Positions 7,511-17,017 of a DNA stretch of 64,000 nucleotides are shown here, in pieces. A model generated the notes under the pieces. That model made no database searches and was not told the origin of the DNA. It was given only the letters and a program-made list of their open reading frames with translations. Source of the DNA: Chthonomonadaceae bacterium. Lineage in GTDB: Bacteria > Armatimonadota > Chthonomonadetes > Chthonomonadales > Chthonomonadaceae. Each line of letters begins with the position of its first letter. Position 1 is the first letter of the stretch. The stretch spans positions 1 through 64,000 of the forward strand of contig DASRGZ010000191.1 in assembly GCA_035650735.1 (NCBI GenBank), written 5' to 3'. Position numbers and translations under genes: made by a program.

Positions 7511-9505
7511 ATGAAGCGCATCTTTCATTTCATTGCTGGGCGCCGCGTTCCGCTGCTCTCGCTTGCCCTCATTCTGCTCCTGTTCGTCTACTTTGTTATC
7601 AAGCCGCAGCGCCGCCTGGCCCTCACCCCCCAGGAACGGCAAGCCGTAGCGCGCGCCGATGCCGCGGAGCGCTACGACTCAGAGATCGCCAAGCTGCGCG
7701 AGCGCATACTCAAGGAACCCCATAACCCGCGCTGGCGCCAGGAACTTGCTGCCCACTACCTCCGCTTTCGGCTCTGGATGGACGCTGCGGAGGTGCTGGA
7801 GGATGCCGTTCAGGCCGGCGATACGAACGTTATTACCCTGGATGCCCTGGGAGACTCCTACTCCCATCTGGGCAACCGGGAGCAGGCCATTCACTGGTTC
7901 AAGCAGAACATTAAGCTGCATCCTACCGAGGTTGGAGCCTATCTGCGCCTGAGCGGCCTCTACACGGAGATGGGAGAGACAAAATGGGCGCGGCAGGTGC
8001 TGCAACATCTCCCCCAAAGCGAGATCAAATCGGAGATGCTGACCTCTATCGCCGCAGCCTATGAAAAAGCAGGGGATTATGTGCAGGCCGGCACCTTGTG
8101 CGCGCAGCGGCTCCAGACGGCCCCGCAGGACGTGGAAGCCTGGTGGGTGTTGGCGCAGACACGTACCCGGCTCGGTCAATGGGACAAGGCGGCGGAGGCC
8201 CTGGAAAAGGCGACCCAGCTTGACCCCAACCGTGCGGAGTTCTTCTATCTGCTAGGTACCTGTCGCGCGCAGATCGCGCCCAACAAGGAGCTGGAGCAGG
8301 CGGTGCCGCTCTGGGCCAAAGCGGTCACGCTCAATCCTAGCCTAAGCCCGGCCTACTATGCCATGGCGACGGCGCTGGAGCGCGCCGGGCATCTGCCGGA
8401 AGCGGCCCGCGCCTACGTCCGCGCCTACGAGGTGCCGCCGCAGCCGGTCAAGGCGCTCTTCGACCTGGCGCGCGTCTATCGCCTTATGGGCAAGACCTCG
8501 CTGGCCCACAAGGCGATGGGGCTCTACTACAAGCATAAGGGCGACGCGAAGGGCGCCGTCCGCGAGTTTGAAGCGCGCCTGAAGCTGGAGCCAAAAAACG
8601 AGCTGGCGTATATAGACCTCGCCGAAGCCTACCAGGACGCCGCGCGCCTTGAGGATGCCGTGCAGATCCTCAAGAAGGCCCTGGCGCAGACGCAAAAGCC
8701 GGGAGCCATCTACTATAGCCTGGCAAAAGCGTACAAAGCGCTGCAGAAGGTCACGGAGGAGACGGACGCGCTACAGCACGTCATTCAGGCGGCCCCCAAG
8801 GAAACGGCGTTCGCCTATCGCGAATTGAGCCGCATTGCCCTGGATAACAGAGGCGAATACGATAAGGCGGAAGAATATATCCAGAAGGCTATCGCCCTCG
8901 ACCCCAAGGAGCCGGAATATCACTATACGCAGGGGGCGATCTATGCGTTGCGCGCCTCCAGCGGCGGGCGCCTGGAGAAGGCAATGGATGCCTTCCAGGA
9001 GACGCTGATGCTCCAGCCCACGCACGTGGATGCGGCCTATCAACTGGGGTTGCTGCTGCAAAAGGCGGAGCGGTGGGAGGAGGCTGCCAGCTATTTCCGC
9101 GCGGTCATCAGCCTGTCGCCCACCTTTGGCGAGCCCTATCTCAAGCTCTACCAGGTCTACCGCAAGCAGGGCAAGACGGCGCGCGCCGAATCCCTGATGC
9201 GGCTCTACCAGGATTACCGGCAGGCCTCGGCGGACCGCGATATGCTGACGCGGCGCGTGCGCGCCAACCCGCAAGACCCTACGGCAGCGGTCACACTTGC
9301 CACGTTCTACATGCGCAACGGAGAACTCGCCTCCGCCGAGCGCGAGCTCCAGCGTATCGCGGGACTGCGGCCCAACGCGCCGGAACCCCACCAGCGGCTT
9401 GCCGAGCTCTACGCCATCCAGGGCCGCACGCAGGATGAAGCTGAGGAACTCAAAGCGGCGCAGCAGCTTCGCGCCCAACATTCCCTGGCACGTAAAGGGG
9501 GATAA
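7511..9505 (+). CDS. Membrane-anchored TPR-repeat protein
   Basis: N-terminal TM helix then many TPR motifs; upstream in-frame extension lies in repeat DNA. Confidence 0.9.
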   Translation: MKRIFHFIAGRRVPLLSLALILLLFVYFVIKPQRRLALTPQERQAVARADAAERYDSEIAKLRERILKEPHNPRWRQELAAHYLRFRLWMDAAEVLEDAVQAGDTNVITLDALGDSYSHLGNREQAIHWFKQNIKLHPTEVGAYLRLSGLYTEMGETKWARQVLQHLPQSEIKSEMLTSIAAAYEKAGDYVQAGTLCAQRLQTAPQDVEAWWVLAQTRTRLGQWDKAAEALEKATQLDPNRAEFFYLLGTCRAQIAPNKELEQAVPLWAKAVTLNPSLSPAYYAMATALERAGHLPEAARAYVRAYEVPPQPVKALFDLARVYRLMGKTSLAHKAMGLYYKHKGDAKGAVREFEARLKLEPKNELAYIDLAEAYQDAARLEDAVQILKKALAQTQKPGAIYYSLAKAYKALQKVTEETDALQHVIQAAPKETAFAYRELSRIALDNRGEYDKAEEYIQKAIALDPKEPEYHYTQGAIYALRASSGGRLEKAMDAFQETLMLQPTHVDAAYQLGLLLQKAERWEEAASYFRAVISLSPTFGEPYLKLYQVYRKQGKTARAESLMRLYQDYRQASADRDMLTRRVRANPQDPTAAVTLATFYMRNGELASAERELQRIAGLRPNAPEPHQRLAELYAIQGRTQDEAEELKAAQQLRAQHSLARKGG

Positions 9506-9509
9506 GGTT

Positions 9510-11216
9510 TTGCTCTCACGCCTTTCCGCTCTCTTTTTGCTTCTTGCGCTGCTGGCGGCGCTCGCGGGCTGCCGCGTCCCGGTCACGCCCGCTGCCGCCT
9601 CCGCCCCGTCTGCGTCGGTGCGCTTTGCCGATGTGACCGAGGCGGCAGGCATTCATTTCGTTCACCACAACGGTGCGGCAGGCAAGAAGATGATGCCGGA
9701 GACCACTGGCTCCGGCTGCGCCTTCTTTGACTATGATAACGATGGCTGGGACGACATCCTGCTCATAGACAGCAAATCCTATGGGGCCATAGCGCCTGCG
9801 CTCGCCCTCTATCACAATAACCACGACGGCACGTTTAGCGACGTAACGAAGAAGGCGGGCCTGGCGATCAAGGGCTACGGCATGGGGTGCGCCGTCGGCG
9901 ATTACGATAACGACGGCTGGGACGACCTCTACGTCACCTTCATCGGGCCGAACCACCTCTTCCATAACAACCACAACGGCACCTTTACCGACGTCACCGC
10001 CAAAGCGGGCGTGATCGGCTCTCCCGTCGGCTATGGCAACACGCTGCGCTGGAAGTGGAGCTCCTCCTGCGCCTGGGTGGACTACAACAACGACGGCAAG
10101 CTGGACCTGTTCGTCTGCAATTTCGTAAAATGGACGCCCGAGCACGATGTCTTCTGCGGGCGACCGGGCGGGCCGAAGCAATATTGCGCGCCGCTGGCCT
10201 ATGAGGGCACGGCCAATACGCTCTACCGCAACAACGGCGACGGCACCTTTACCGACGTGAGCAAACAGGTCGGGCTGACGAAATCCATCGGCAAGGGCTG
10301 GGGCGTCGTGCCCTGGGATTTTAACGGTGATGGCTGGGTGGATTTCGCCGTCGCCAACGATACCAGCGCCAACTTTCTCTTTGTCAGCCACCAGGGAAAG
10401 TACTTCACGGAGGAGGCCCTGAAGGCGGGCATCGCCCTCAACGAGAGCGGCAACGCGAAGGCGGGCATGGGCATAGACATCGGGGACTGGCAGAACAACG
10501 GCAAGTTCTGCCTGCTGATCGGCAACTTCTCCAACGAGAAGCTCTCGCTCTGGAGCGACGACGGCACCGGAACCTTCAACGACATCGCCGACAAGGCCGG
10601 CATGGGGGAGGCCAGCCTGCGGTTCCTCACCTTCGGCCTGTTCTTCTTTGACTACGACCTCGACGGCTGGCAGGACGCCTTCATCGCCAACGGCCACATT
10701 GACGATATGGTGCACAAGTTCGAGTCCAAGATCACCTATTCCGAGCGGCCCCTGCTCTTCCACAACGAGCAGGGACAGCGGTTTGTGGATGTGGCCCCGC
10801 AGTCTGGCCCGCCCATGCAGAGCGAATATGTCCTGCGCGGCTGCGCCTATGGCGACATCAATAACGACGGCTTTCCGGATGTCCTGGTCGTGCCGAACAA
10901 CAACCAGCCGGTGCGCCTGTGGCGCAACGAGGGCGGCAACGGCAACCGCTGGATACGCTTCAAGCTGGTCGGGAAGAGATCCAACCGCAACGGCATCGGC
11001 GCGCTGATCACCGTGCGCGCGGGTGGCCTGGCGCAGCGGCAGTGGGTCAAAAGCGGCGCCAGTTTCTTGAGCCAGAGCAGCCTGCGGCCCACGTTCGGGC
11101 TGGGCAAGGCAGAGAAGGTGGACGATGTTGAGGTGCGCTGGCCGAGCGGGCAGGTAGACCATATTCCCAATCCGCCGTTAAATCAAGTGGTCGTGATTCA
11201 GGAGGGCAAGGCGTGA
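9510..11216 (+). CDS. CRTAC1 / FG-GAP / ASPIC-UnbV lipoprotein
   Basis: Repeated DYDNDG.DL motifs; SNRNGIGA and VRWPSG ASPIC motifs; LAGC lipobox; TTG start inferred. Confidence 0.9.
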   Translation: MLSRLSALFLLLALLAALAGCRVPVTPAAASAPSASVRFADVTEAAGIHFVHHNGAAGKKMMPETTGSGCAFFDYDNDGWDDILLIDSKSYGAIAPALALYHNNHDGTFSDVTKKAGLAIKGYGMGCAVGDYDNDGWDDLYVTFIGPNHLFHNNHNGTFTDVTAKAGVIGSPVGYGNTLRWKWSSSCAWVDYNNDGKLDLFVCNFVKWTPEHDVFCGRPGGPKQYCAPLAYEGTANTLYRNNGDGTFTDVSKQVGLTKSIGKGWGVVPWDFNGDGWVDFAVANDTSANFLFVSHQGKYFTEEALKAGIALNESGNAKAGMGIDIGDWQNNGKFCLLIGNFSNEKLSLWSDDGTGTFNDIADKAGMGEASLRFLTFGLFFFDYDLDGWQDAFIANGHIDDMVHKFESKITYSERPLLFHNEQGQRFVDVAPQSGPPMQSEYVLRGCAYGDINNDGFPDVLVVPNNNQPVRLWRNEGGNGNRWIRFKLVGKRSNRNGIGALITVRAGGLAQRQWVKSGASFLSQSSLRPTFGLGKAEKVDDVEVRWPSGQVDHIPNPPLNQVVVIQEGKA

Positions 11217-11283
11217 TTGCGTTTAGCAGAGAATGCCCATTTGCTGGTGGAACCGAATGCCGCATCCACCGTAAGGAGGAAAC

Positions 11284-12435
11284 ATGTTGCGACGATCCAA
11301 ACGGCTTCTACCCGCTCTCTGGGGAATCCTGTTGGCTTGCTTCTCAATGCCTGTCAGTCAGGCGCAAGTGGTCATTATTATCAATGACGCGAGAAGCGCT
11401 TTCAACGCGGGAATCAAAAAGTCGGACACCATCGACTCTTACGGCTTTGTTTCAACGGGAGTCTATAAACTCCAGGGAAATGTGCAGGTGTCCGGGGCCA
11501 AAGATAGCTACGACGATCCCTTTAAGTTCAAGCTGACGATCAGCGGCGAGGGAATCTCGGATAACGACGGGCGGATACTCTTGGGGCCTAAAGCCACGTA
11601 TCAGGCCGCAGCCCAATCCTTTATTATGACCACGCCGGTTGTGCAGACAATCAGCAATACCCCGATAATAACCGGCGTCACGGCAGGAATGAATGTCCAC
11701 GTAGGCATTCATCCGGTAGACCCTCAAGGCCATCCCTTGCTGCTTGCGCAGGCGTTCGTTTTCGATCCATACACCTTTACCAATTTCCCGGCAGAGGGCG
11801 CTCTGCAAATCTCCAGTGTCGTGCAGACGGGCGATTCCTTCTCGGCTCGCGGCGAGGACGGAGTGCTGCACCGAACGCTCGTCGCCACGACCGACATACC
11901 CGGCCTTGAAACGCTCTATCAACTGGACATCATCGCCCGCGGGAACGGCAAGTTTACGAATACAGCAGACGATATGGACGTAGAGATAGACTTCACGAGC
12001 AATCCCGCCCTGGGAATCTCCGATAGCGCGGTACTTGCTGCCCTGCACAATGCCCTCGCTTACAACGCACAACAAGGCTGGTTCGAGTTTACCTCGGATG
12101 TCCCCCTTTTCAACGGGCTGGTAGAGATTCCCGACACGGTTCACGACTTTCACCTAGCGCTGGTCGAAGGCTCTGTGGCTGCCAACCAGGCTCCGCCGCC
12201 TCCAGGGCCGGGAGTTCCCGAACCATCCTGGTCGTCCTTTGTCGTAGCGTTGGGCGCTCTGGGAACGCTGACAGGAGCGCGCAGGCGGAGAAGGGCGCGG
12301 TCAAGAAGTAATATCAAGTCCGATAGAATACTTAACCCAAGTTGCTACCTAGGAACACGTTTGAGAGAGAATCGCTCTGGAAACCGGCTTTTGCATCACC
12401 GTTTGCCTTCTCGAAGAGGCAAGGTAGCAACTTGA
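11284..12435 (+). CDS. Secreted PEP-CTERM protein
   Basis: Signal peptide; VPEP, TM helix, RRRRR; then an atypical ~45-aa extension. Confidence 0.85.
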   Translation: MLRRSKRLLPALWGILLACFSMPVSQAQVVIIINDARSAFNAGIKKSDTIDSYGFVSTGVYKLQGNVQVSGAKDSYDDPFKFKLTISGEGISDNDGRILLGPKATYQAAAQSFIMTTPVVQTISNTPIITGVTAGMNVHVGIHPVDPQGHPLLLAQAFVFDPYTFTNFPAEGALQISSVVQTGDSFSARGEDGVLHRTLVATTDIPGLETLYQLDIIARGNGKFTNTADDMDVEIDFTSNPALGISDSAVLAALHNALAYNAQQGWFEFTSDVPLFNGLVEIPDTVHDFHLALVEGSVAANQAPPPPGPGVPEPSWSSFVVALGALGTLTGARRRRRARSRSNIKSDRILNPSCYLGTRLRENRSGNRLLHHRLPSRRGKVAT

Positions 12436-12587
12436 GTTACTTATCGTATGGCTACCTCAAGGTGCAGCGCATATGGGAAGAAATTCACCGGATTGGATAT
12501 AAGGTTCCTTCCGCGCCGCGCTAGAAGTGTTCGGCCCACTTGCGGGCCGTGCGATAATCTATTTGGAAGTAAGAAAGGCAAGGTGTA

Positions 12588-13478
12588 ATGGCGACTTACG
12601 GGATGGCAAAGCGCGAGCTGGAACTCGGCGGCAAATACCTGGGCACGCTGCGCGATGCCAACGACCTGCGGGACGATATACAGGCTCTTCATGCCCTCAT
12701 GGAGGAGGACGGCTACCTGCTTATTCGCAGCTTCCATGACCGGGCAAAGGTCGAAGCGGCGCGGCGTGCGCTCGTGGAGGACCTGGATGCCGCCGGGCAG
12801 ATTGACCGCCGCTATCCGATCATGGACGCGGTGGTGGCGGAGGGCGCCAGAGGCACGTTCGCCAGCGGCTGGAAGCAAGCTCGCAGAATGCCGGCGTTCC
12901 TGAACCTGGTCGAATCGCCGGAGATTATGGAGTTCTTCGCGCGGTTTCTCGGCGGGCCGACGGCGACCTTCGACTACAAGTGGCTGCGCGTCATCGGGCC
13001 GGGCGGCTACACCGGCGCGCACTATGATGTCGTCTATATGGGGCGGGGAACCAGGAACCTCTACACCGTCTGGACGCCGATTGGCGATGTGACGCTCGAT
13101 ATGGGGCCACTGGCGATACTGGTGGGGTCGCATCGTTTCGAGCGCATCAAAGCGACCTACGGCCAGATGGACGTGGATCGCGACAACACGGAAGGCTGGT
13201 TCTCCACCGATCCTATCGAGCTCGTGGATCGCTACGGAGGCCAGTGGCGCACGACCGAGTTTCAGATGGGCGATGCCATCCTCTTCGGTATGTTCACCAT
13301 GCACGCCTCGCTCAATAACGTCAGCAACCGTTTTCGGATCACCTGCGACACCCGTTATCAGCGCGCCGATGAGCCGATGGACGAGCGCTGGGTCGGCAGA
13401 GATCCCATCATGCACGACGCCGCAAAACAGGGCGAATTCGTCCCGATGACGGAGGCGCGCAAGCGATGGGGCGTGTAG
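12588..13478 (+). CDS. PhyH-family Fe(II)/2OG dioxygenase
   Basis: HYD...H triad; GPLAILVGSH; R.T.D.RYQ. Confidence 0.9.
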   Translation: MATYGMAKRELELGGKYLGTLRDANDLRDDIQALHALMEEDGYLLIRSFHDRAKVEAARRALVEDLDAAGQIDRRYPIMDAVVAEGARGTFASGWKQARRMPAFLNLVESPEIMEFFARFLGGPTATFDYKWLRVIGPGGYTGAHYDVVYMGRGTRNLYTVWTPIGDVTLDMGPLAILVGSHRFERIKATYGQMDVDRDNTEGWFSTDPIELVDRYGGQWRTTEFQMGDAILFGMFTMHASLNNVSNRFRITCDTRYQRADEPMDERWVGRDPIMHDAAKQGEFVPMTEARKRWGV

Positions 13479-13487
13479 GAAGCGACG

Positions 13488-15452
13488 ATGAAATCCCATT
13501 GGGAAGTCGGCCATGCCGAAGGAGCCTACGCCTACCGCCAGGGCGACTATGTCCACATCGGGAACCAGTACCTGGAGCGGGTTCTCCGGCTCTCCGAGGA
13601 TGTCGTGCGGACGGTGGAACTGATCAACAGGGTGAGCGGCAGGCCGCCCGTCGCGCATGAGAGTACAGAGTTCGTGCTGGAGCTTTCCGGCGCGCTGCAA
13701 GGCGAGTTCGCAACGCAGGATTTTCGGCTGGCAGATAGTCAGGCGACCGAGGTCGGGGCCGGCGCACTCCGGCTGATATTCGCTCTTGAATGCCGCCAAT
13801 CGCCCGCTTTGCGCGCAGAGATGGTCCTTGAGGCTTATGCCGAGCGCAAATTCCAGCGCAAATGGCTCCTGATCCGCTGGGAGGGCGAGGGCGATGTCCG
13901 CGTAGAGCGGGTGGATGTCGAGGTGCCGGATTTCGGCTGGTGGAACGTCGGCGCTCCCGCGCACTGCGGTTACGGGCAGCCGGTTCTCGTGAGCGACCTT
14001 TATATGGGCCTGGAATATCCTGCCGCCGAGACCGATCCGACCGCGCTGCGCCACTTCCCGGGCCGGTCGGCAAAGGGAGGATTGCAGAGCAAGTGCGCGA
14101 TCTGGGGAGTCGCCCCATCGGCGGCGCAGGTCCGGGATGCCTTTTTGCAGGACTATCTCGCCACACGCCTGACGCGGCCTCCGCGCCCGTTCATCATCTA
14201 TAACCTGCTCGGCGCGGGCATTCCGGAGGAGCAACGGCTCCTCCCCTGGATCGAGCGTATCGGTCAGGAGACGGAGCAGGCAGGCTTTCATATCGACTCG
14301 TTTGCTATTGATGACCTCTGGCAGGATGAGTCCACGCTCTGGCAGCCGGCTCCGCGCCGATTCCCGGACGGGTTTGGCCGACTGGCGGAAGCGGCGCAGC
14401 GCCGAGGCAGCCGGCTGGGCCTGTGGATGGCGCTATCGGGCTACACGCTGGATACGCGCTGGGGGCGTCTGAGAGGGCTGGAGGTCACGCAGGAGGGTGA
14501 CCGAAGCCATCACGGAAGGTACTGCCTGGCCGGGCCGAACTACGCGGCGCGCCTCAAGGAAGTGCTGGAAACCTATATCGTTCGGGATGGCGTCAACTAC
14601 TTTAAATTCGATTATAACGACTTTGGCTGCGATAATCCCACGCACGACCATCCGACGGGCCGCGCGGGCAAAGAGGCCCAGATTGACGCCTTCCTGTCCG
14701 TCTTGCAGCATGTGAAAGCGGTCTCGCCGGATGTTTTTATCGCCATCACGACCGGAATGTGGCTCAGTCCCTGGTGGATTCCGGACGCGGATGCGGTCTG
14801 GCTCGGTGGGTACGACCTGGGTACGGTAGAGCAGGTTCCCTGCCTGACGCCTCACGATAGCGTGATGACCTATCGAGATACCATCCTCTACGACGACTTC
14901 ATGGAGCAGCGCTACGTCTTTCCCTACACGGCGGTGATGACGCATGGCTTCTGGGTCGGGCAGGACGTTCCGATCTCCGGCTTCAAGGACGATGTGATGA
15001 TGACTCTGGGGCGGGGCATCACGAAATGGGAAATCCTGACCAGCCCGCAAGACATGAATGCGAAACGTTATGCGTTCCTGGGACAGGCGATCCGGTGGGG
15101 CAAAGCGAACTGGGACATCCTGGCGCAGACGCAGATGATTCTGGGTGATCCGAGGCACGGTGAGGTATACGGGTACGCGCATAGGGGCGAAGGGGCGGCC
15201 CTGGTATTTCTGCGCAATCCGGCGCTGGAGAGCAGGATGATAGACCTTTCGCTCGAAACTATAGGTGTGCCCTCCGGCAGCACGCAGTCCTGGCCCGATC
15301 CCCCGCTGGCCTGCGAAGTCTACCCGGTCTACTCCGAGCTGGACTGGCGCTATCCACAAGAGACCGCCCTGCAGATCGAGATGCCGGGGTGTCAATGCAA
15401 GTGCATCGCCGTCGTCTGGGATGCTAACCTGGCGGAGCGAATAAAACTATAA
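13488..15452 (+). CDS. Glycoside hydrolase, clan GH-D (GH36/alpha-galactosidase-like)
   Basis: IDDLW, RFPDG, GLW, YFKFD motifs. Confidence 0.7.
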   Translation: MKSHWEVGHAEGAYAYRQGDYVHIGNQYLERVLRLSEDVVRTVELINRVSGRPPVAHESTEFVLELSGALQGEFATQDFRLADSQATEVGAGALRLIFALECRQSPALRAEMVLEAYAERKFQRKWLLIRWEGEGDVRVERVDVEVPDFGWWNVGAPAHCGYGQPVLVSDLYMGLEYPAAETDPTALRHFPGRSAKGGLQSKCAIWGVAPSAAQVRDAFLQDYLATRLTRPPRPFIIYNLLGAGIPEEQRLLPWIERIGQETEQAGFHIDSFAIDDLWQDESTLWQPAPRRFPDGFGRLAEAAQRRGSRLGLWMALSGYTLDTRWGRLRGLEVTQEGDRSHHGRYCLAGPNYAARLKEVLETYIVRDGVNYFKFDYNDFGCDNPTHDHPTGRAGKEAQIDAFLSVLQHVKAVSPDVFIAITTGMWLSPWWIPDADAVWLGGYDLGTVEQVPCLTPHDSVMTYRDTILYDDFMEQRYVFPYTAVMTHGFWVGQDVPISGFKDDVMMTLGRGITKWEILTSPQDMNAKRYAFLGQAIRWGKANWDILAQTQMILGDPRHGEVYGYAHRGEGAALVFLRNPALESRMIDLSLETIGVPSGSTQSWPDPPLACEVYPVYSELDWRYPQETALQIEMPGCQCKCIAVVWDANLAERIKL

Positions 15453-15466
15453 GAGGTTACAGTGTA

Positions 15467-16195
15467 ATGTCGCACGTGAAAAATAATCCGGCGGAAACGT
15501 TTGCGAGGGACGGCTTCCTCATTGTGCCGGGGCTGTTTCCCGCAGCAGAGATGAAGCCTATCAAGGCGGAAATCGCAACGGTGCTCGACGCGGTGCGCAG
15601 CGAAGCCCTGGCGCGCGGCGACGATCCGGAGAAGGCGATCCACGGTGGGGTCTACGTAGGGCTGTCGGCGCGCAACGCTGTGGCCCGTCAGCTCTCGCGC
15701 GACCCGCGCATCCTGGACATCCTGGAGGCCATCTATGCGCCCAACATCGAGTTTTTGAGCGATAAGGTGGTCTTCAAGAGTCATCAGACGGACTACGGCA
15801 CGCCCTGGCATCAGGACTGGCCCTACTGGCACGGCAGCCATAAAATCTCGGTCTGGCTGGCCCTGGACGATGCGACCGTCGAGAACGGCTGCATGAAGCT
15901 CTATCCCGGATCGCATCGCGCCCCGGTGGAGCACGACGGCCAGGTCGCCCCCGGTGAAACCTTCGGCCATCGCCTGCGCTCGGATGCCGTAGATGAGGCA
16001 AAGGCCGTCACGGCGGCGGTTGCAGCGGGCGGGGCCGTCTTTTTCCTTGACCTGACCCTGCACTCCAGCTATCCGAACGTCTCCGGGCAGGATCGCTGGG
16101 CCTGGATCGGCACCTACCGCGATGCTCAGGCCGATGACCTCGACTATTCCTGGGCCGTCGCCGCCGCTGTAGTCCGCGGCACCGGCAAAAAATAA
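15467..16195 (+). CDS. PhyH-family dioxygenase
   Basis: TPWHQD, ENGCM..YPGSH, LHSS. Confidence 0.9.
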   Translation: MSHVKNNPAETFARDGFLIVPGLFPAAEMKPIKAEIATVLDAVRSEALARGDDPEKAIHGGVYVGLSARNAVARQLSRDPRILDILEAIYAPNIEFLSDKVVFKSHQTDYGTPWHQDWPYWHGSHKISVWLALDDATVENGCMKLYPGSHRAPVEHDGQVAPGETFGHRLRSDAVDEAKAVTAAVAAGGAVFFLDLTLHSSYPNVSGQDRWAWIGTYRDAQADDLDYSWAVAAAVVRGTGKK

Positions 16196-16210
16196 GAGAG
16201 GAGCTTCGAG

Positions 16211-16996
16211 TTGAAAAAAGGGATTTGCTATGGCTGCTTGCCGCGTGATTTGTCGGACGAGGAAAAGTTCCGGCTAGCTAAGCGCGCGGGCTATGATGGA
16301 GTGGAGATCAATACGCTCGAAAACCCAGCGGATCGGGAGCGAATGAGCGCGCTGGCCCGCGAAATTGGCCTGGAACTGCCGAGCGTTATGCATACCGCCC
16401 TCTGGCAGAAGCCGCTTTCCAGCCCGGATGAAGCGACGCGGCAGGCCGGAATAGAGAACCTGCGTGCTTCCATAGACACCGCGAAGGCGGTCGGGGCCAC
16501 GACGGTACTGGTCGTGCCGGCTGTCATCACGGAGACGCAGCCGTATGCGCAGGCGTATGATCTCTCACTCCGCAGCCACCGCGAAATTGCGCCCTATGCC
16601 GAGCAGCAGGGCATTCAACTGGCGATTGAGAACGTCTGGAACCGCTTCCTGCTCTCCCCGAAGGAGATGAAGGAGTTCATTGAGGCGGTAGGCAGCCCCA
16701 ACGTGGGACTCTATTTCGATTGCGGCAACATTCTGGCCTACGGCTACCCGCAGCAGTGGATACGGGAGCTGGGGCACCTGCTGCGCAAGGTACACGTCAA
16801 AGATTTCGACCTGCAAACGCGCACCTTCAAGCACCTGTTGCAGGGCAGCGTCAACTGGCCGGAGGTGCGGGCCGCGCTGCGCGAGGTCGGCTATGACGAC
16901 TACCTGACTGCCGAGCTGCCCCTCTATCCAACCTATTCCGATCAGATGGTCATAGACACGAGCCATCATATCGATCGCATTATCGCGGGGGCCTGA
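16211..16996 (+). CDS. Sugar phosphate isomerase/epimerase (xylose-isomerase-like TIM barrel)
   Basis: IENVWN.FLLSP, YFD.GN, VHVKD. Confidence 0.9.
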   Translation: MKKGICYGCLPRDLSDEEKFRLAKRAGYDGVEINTLENPADRERMSALAREIGLELPSVMHTALWQKPLSSPDEATRQAGIENLRASIDTAKAVGATTVLVVPAVITETQPYAQAYDLSLRSHREIAPYAEQQGIQLAIENVWNRFLLSPKEMKEFIEAVGSPNVGLYFDCGNILAYGYPQQWIRELGHLLRKVHVKDFDLQTRTFKHLLQGSVNWPEVRAALREVGYDDYLTAELPLYPTYSDQMVIDTSHHIDRIIAGA

Positions 16997-17017
16997 TCTG
17001 CCGCCAACTCACGGGCC

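Noticed and set aside
9516..11162. 548-aa antisense ORF (likewise 12441-14291, 26533-27972, 45861-47624, 52076-53896, 54095-55930)
   Set aside because: Shadow frames of well-supported GC-rich genes on the opposite strand; no recognisable motifs.
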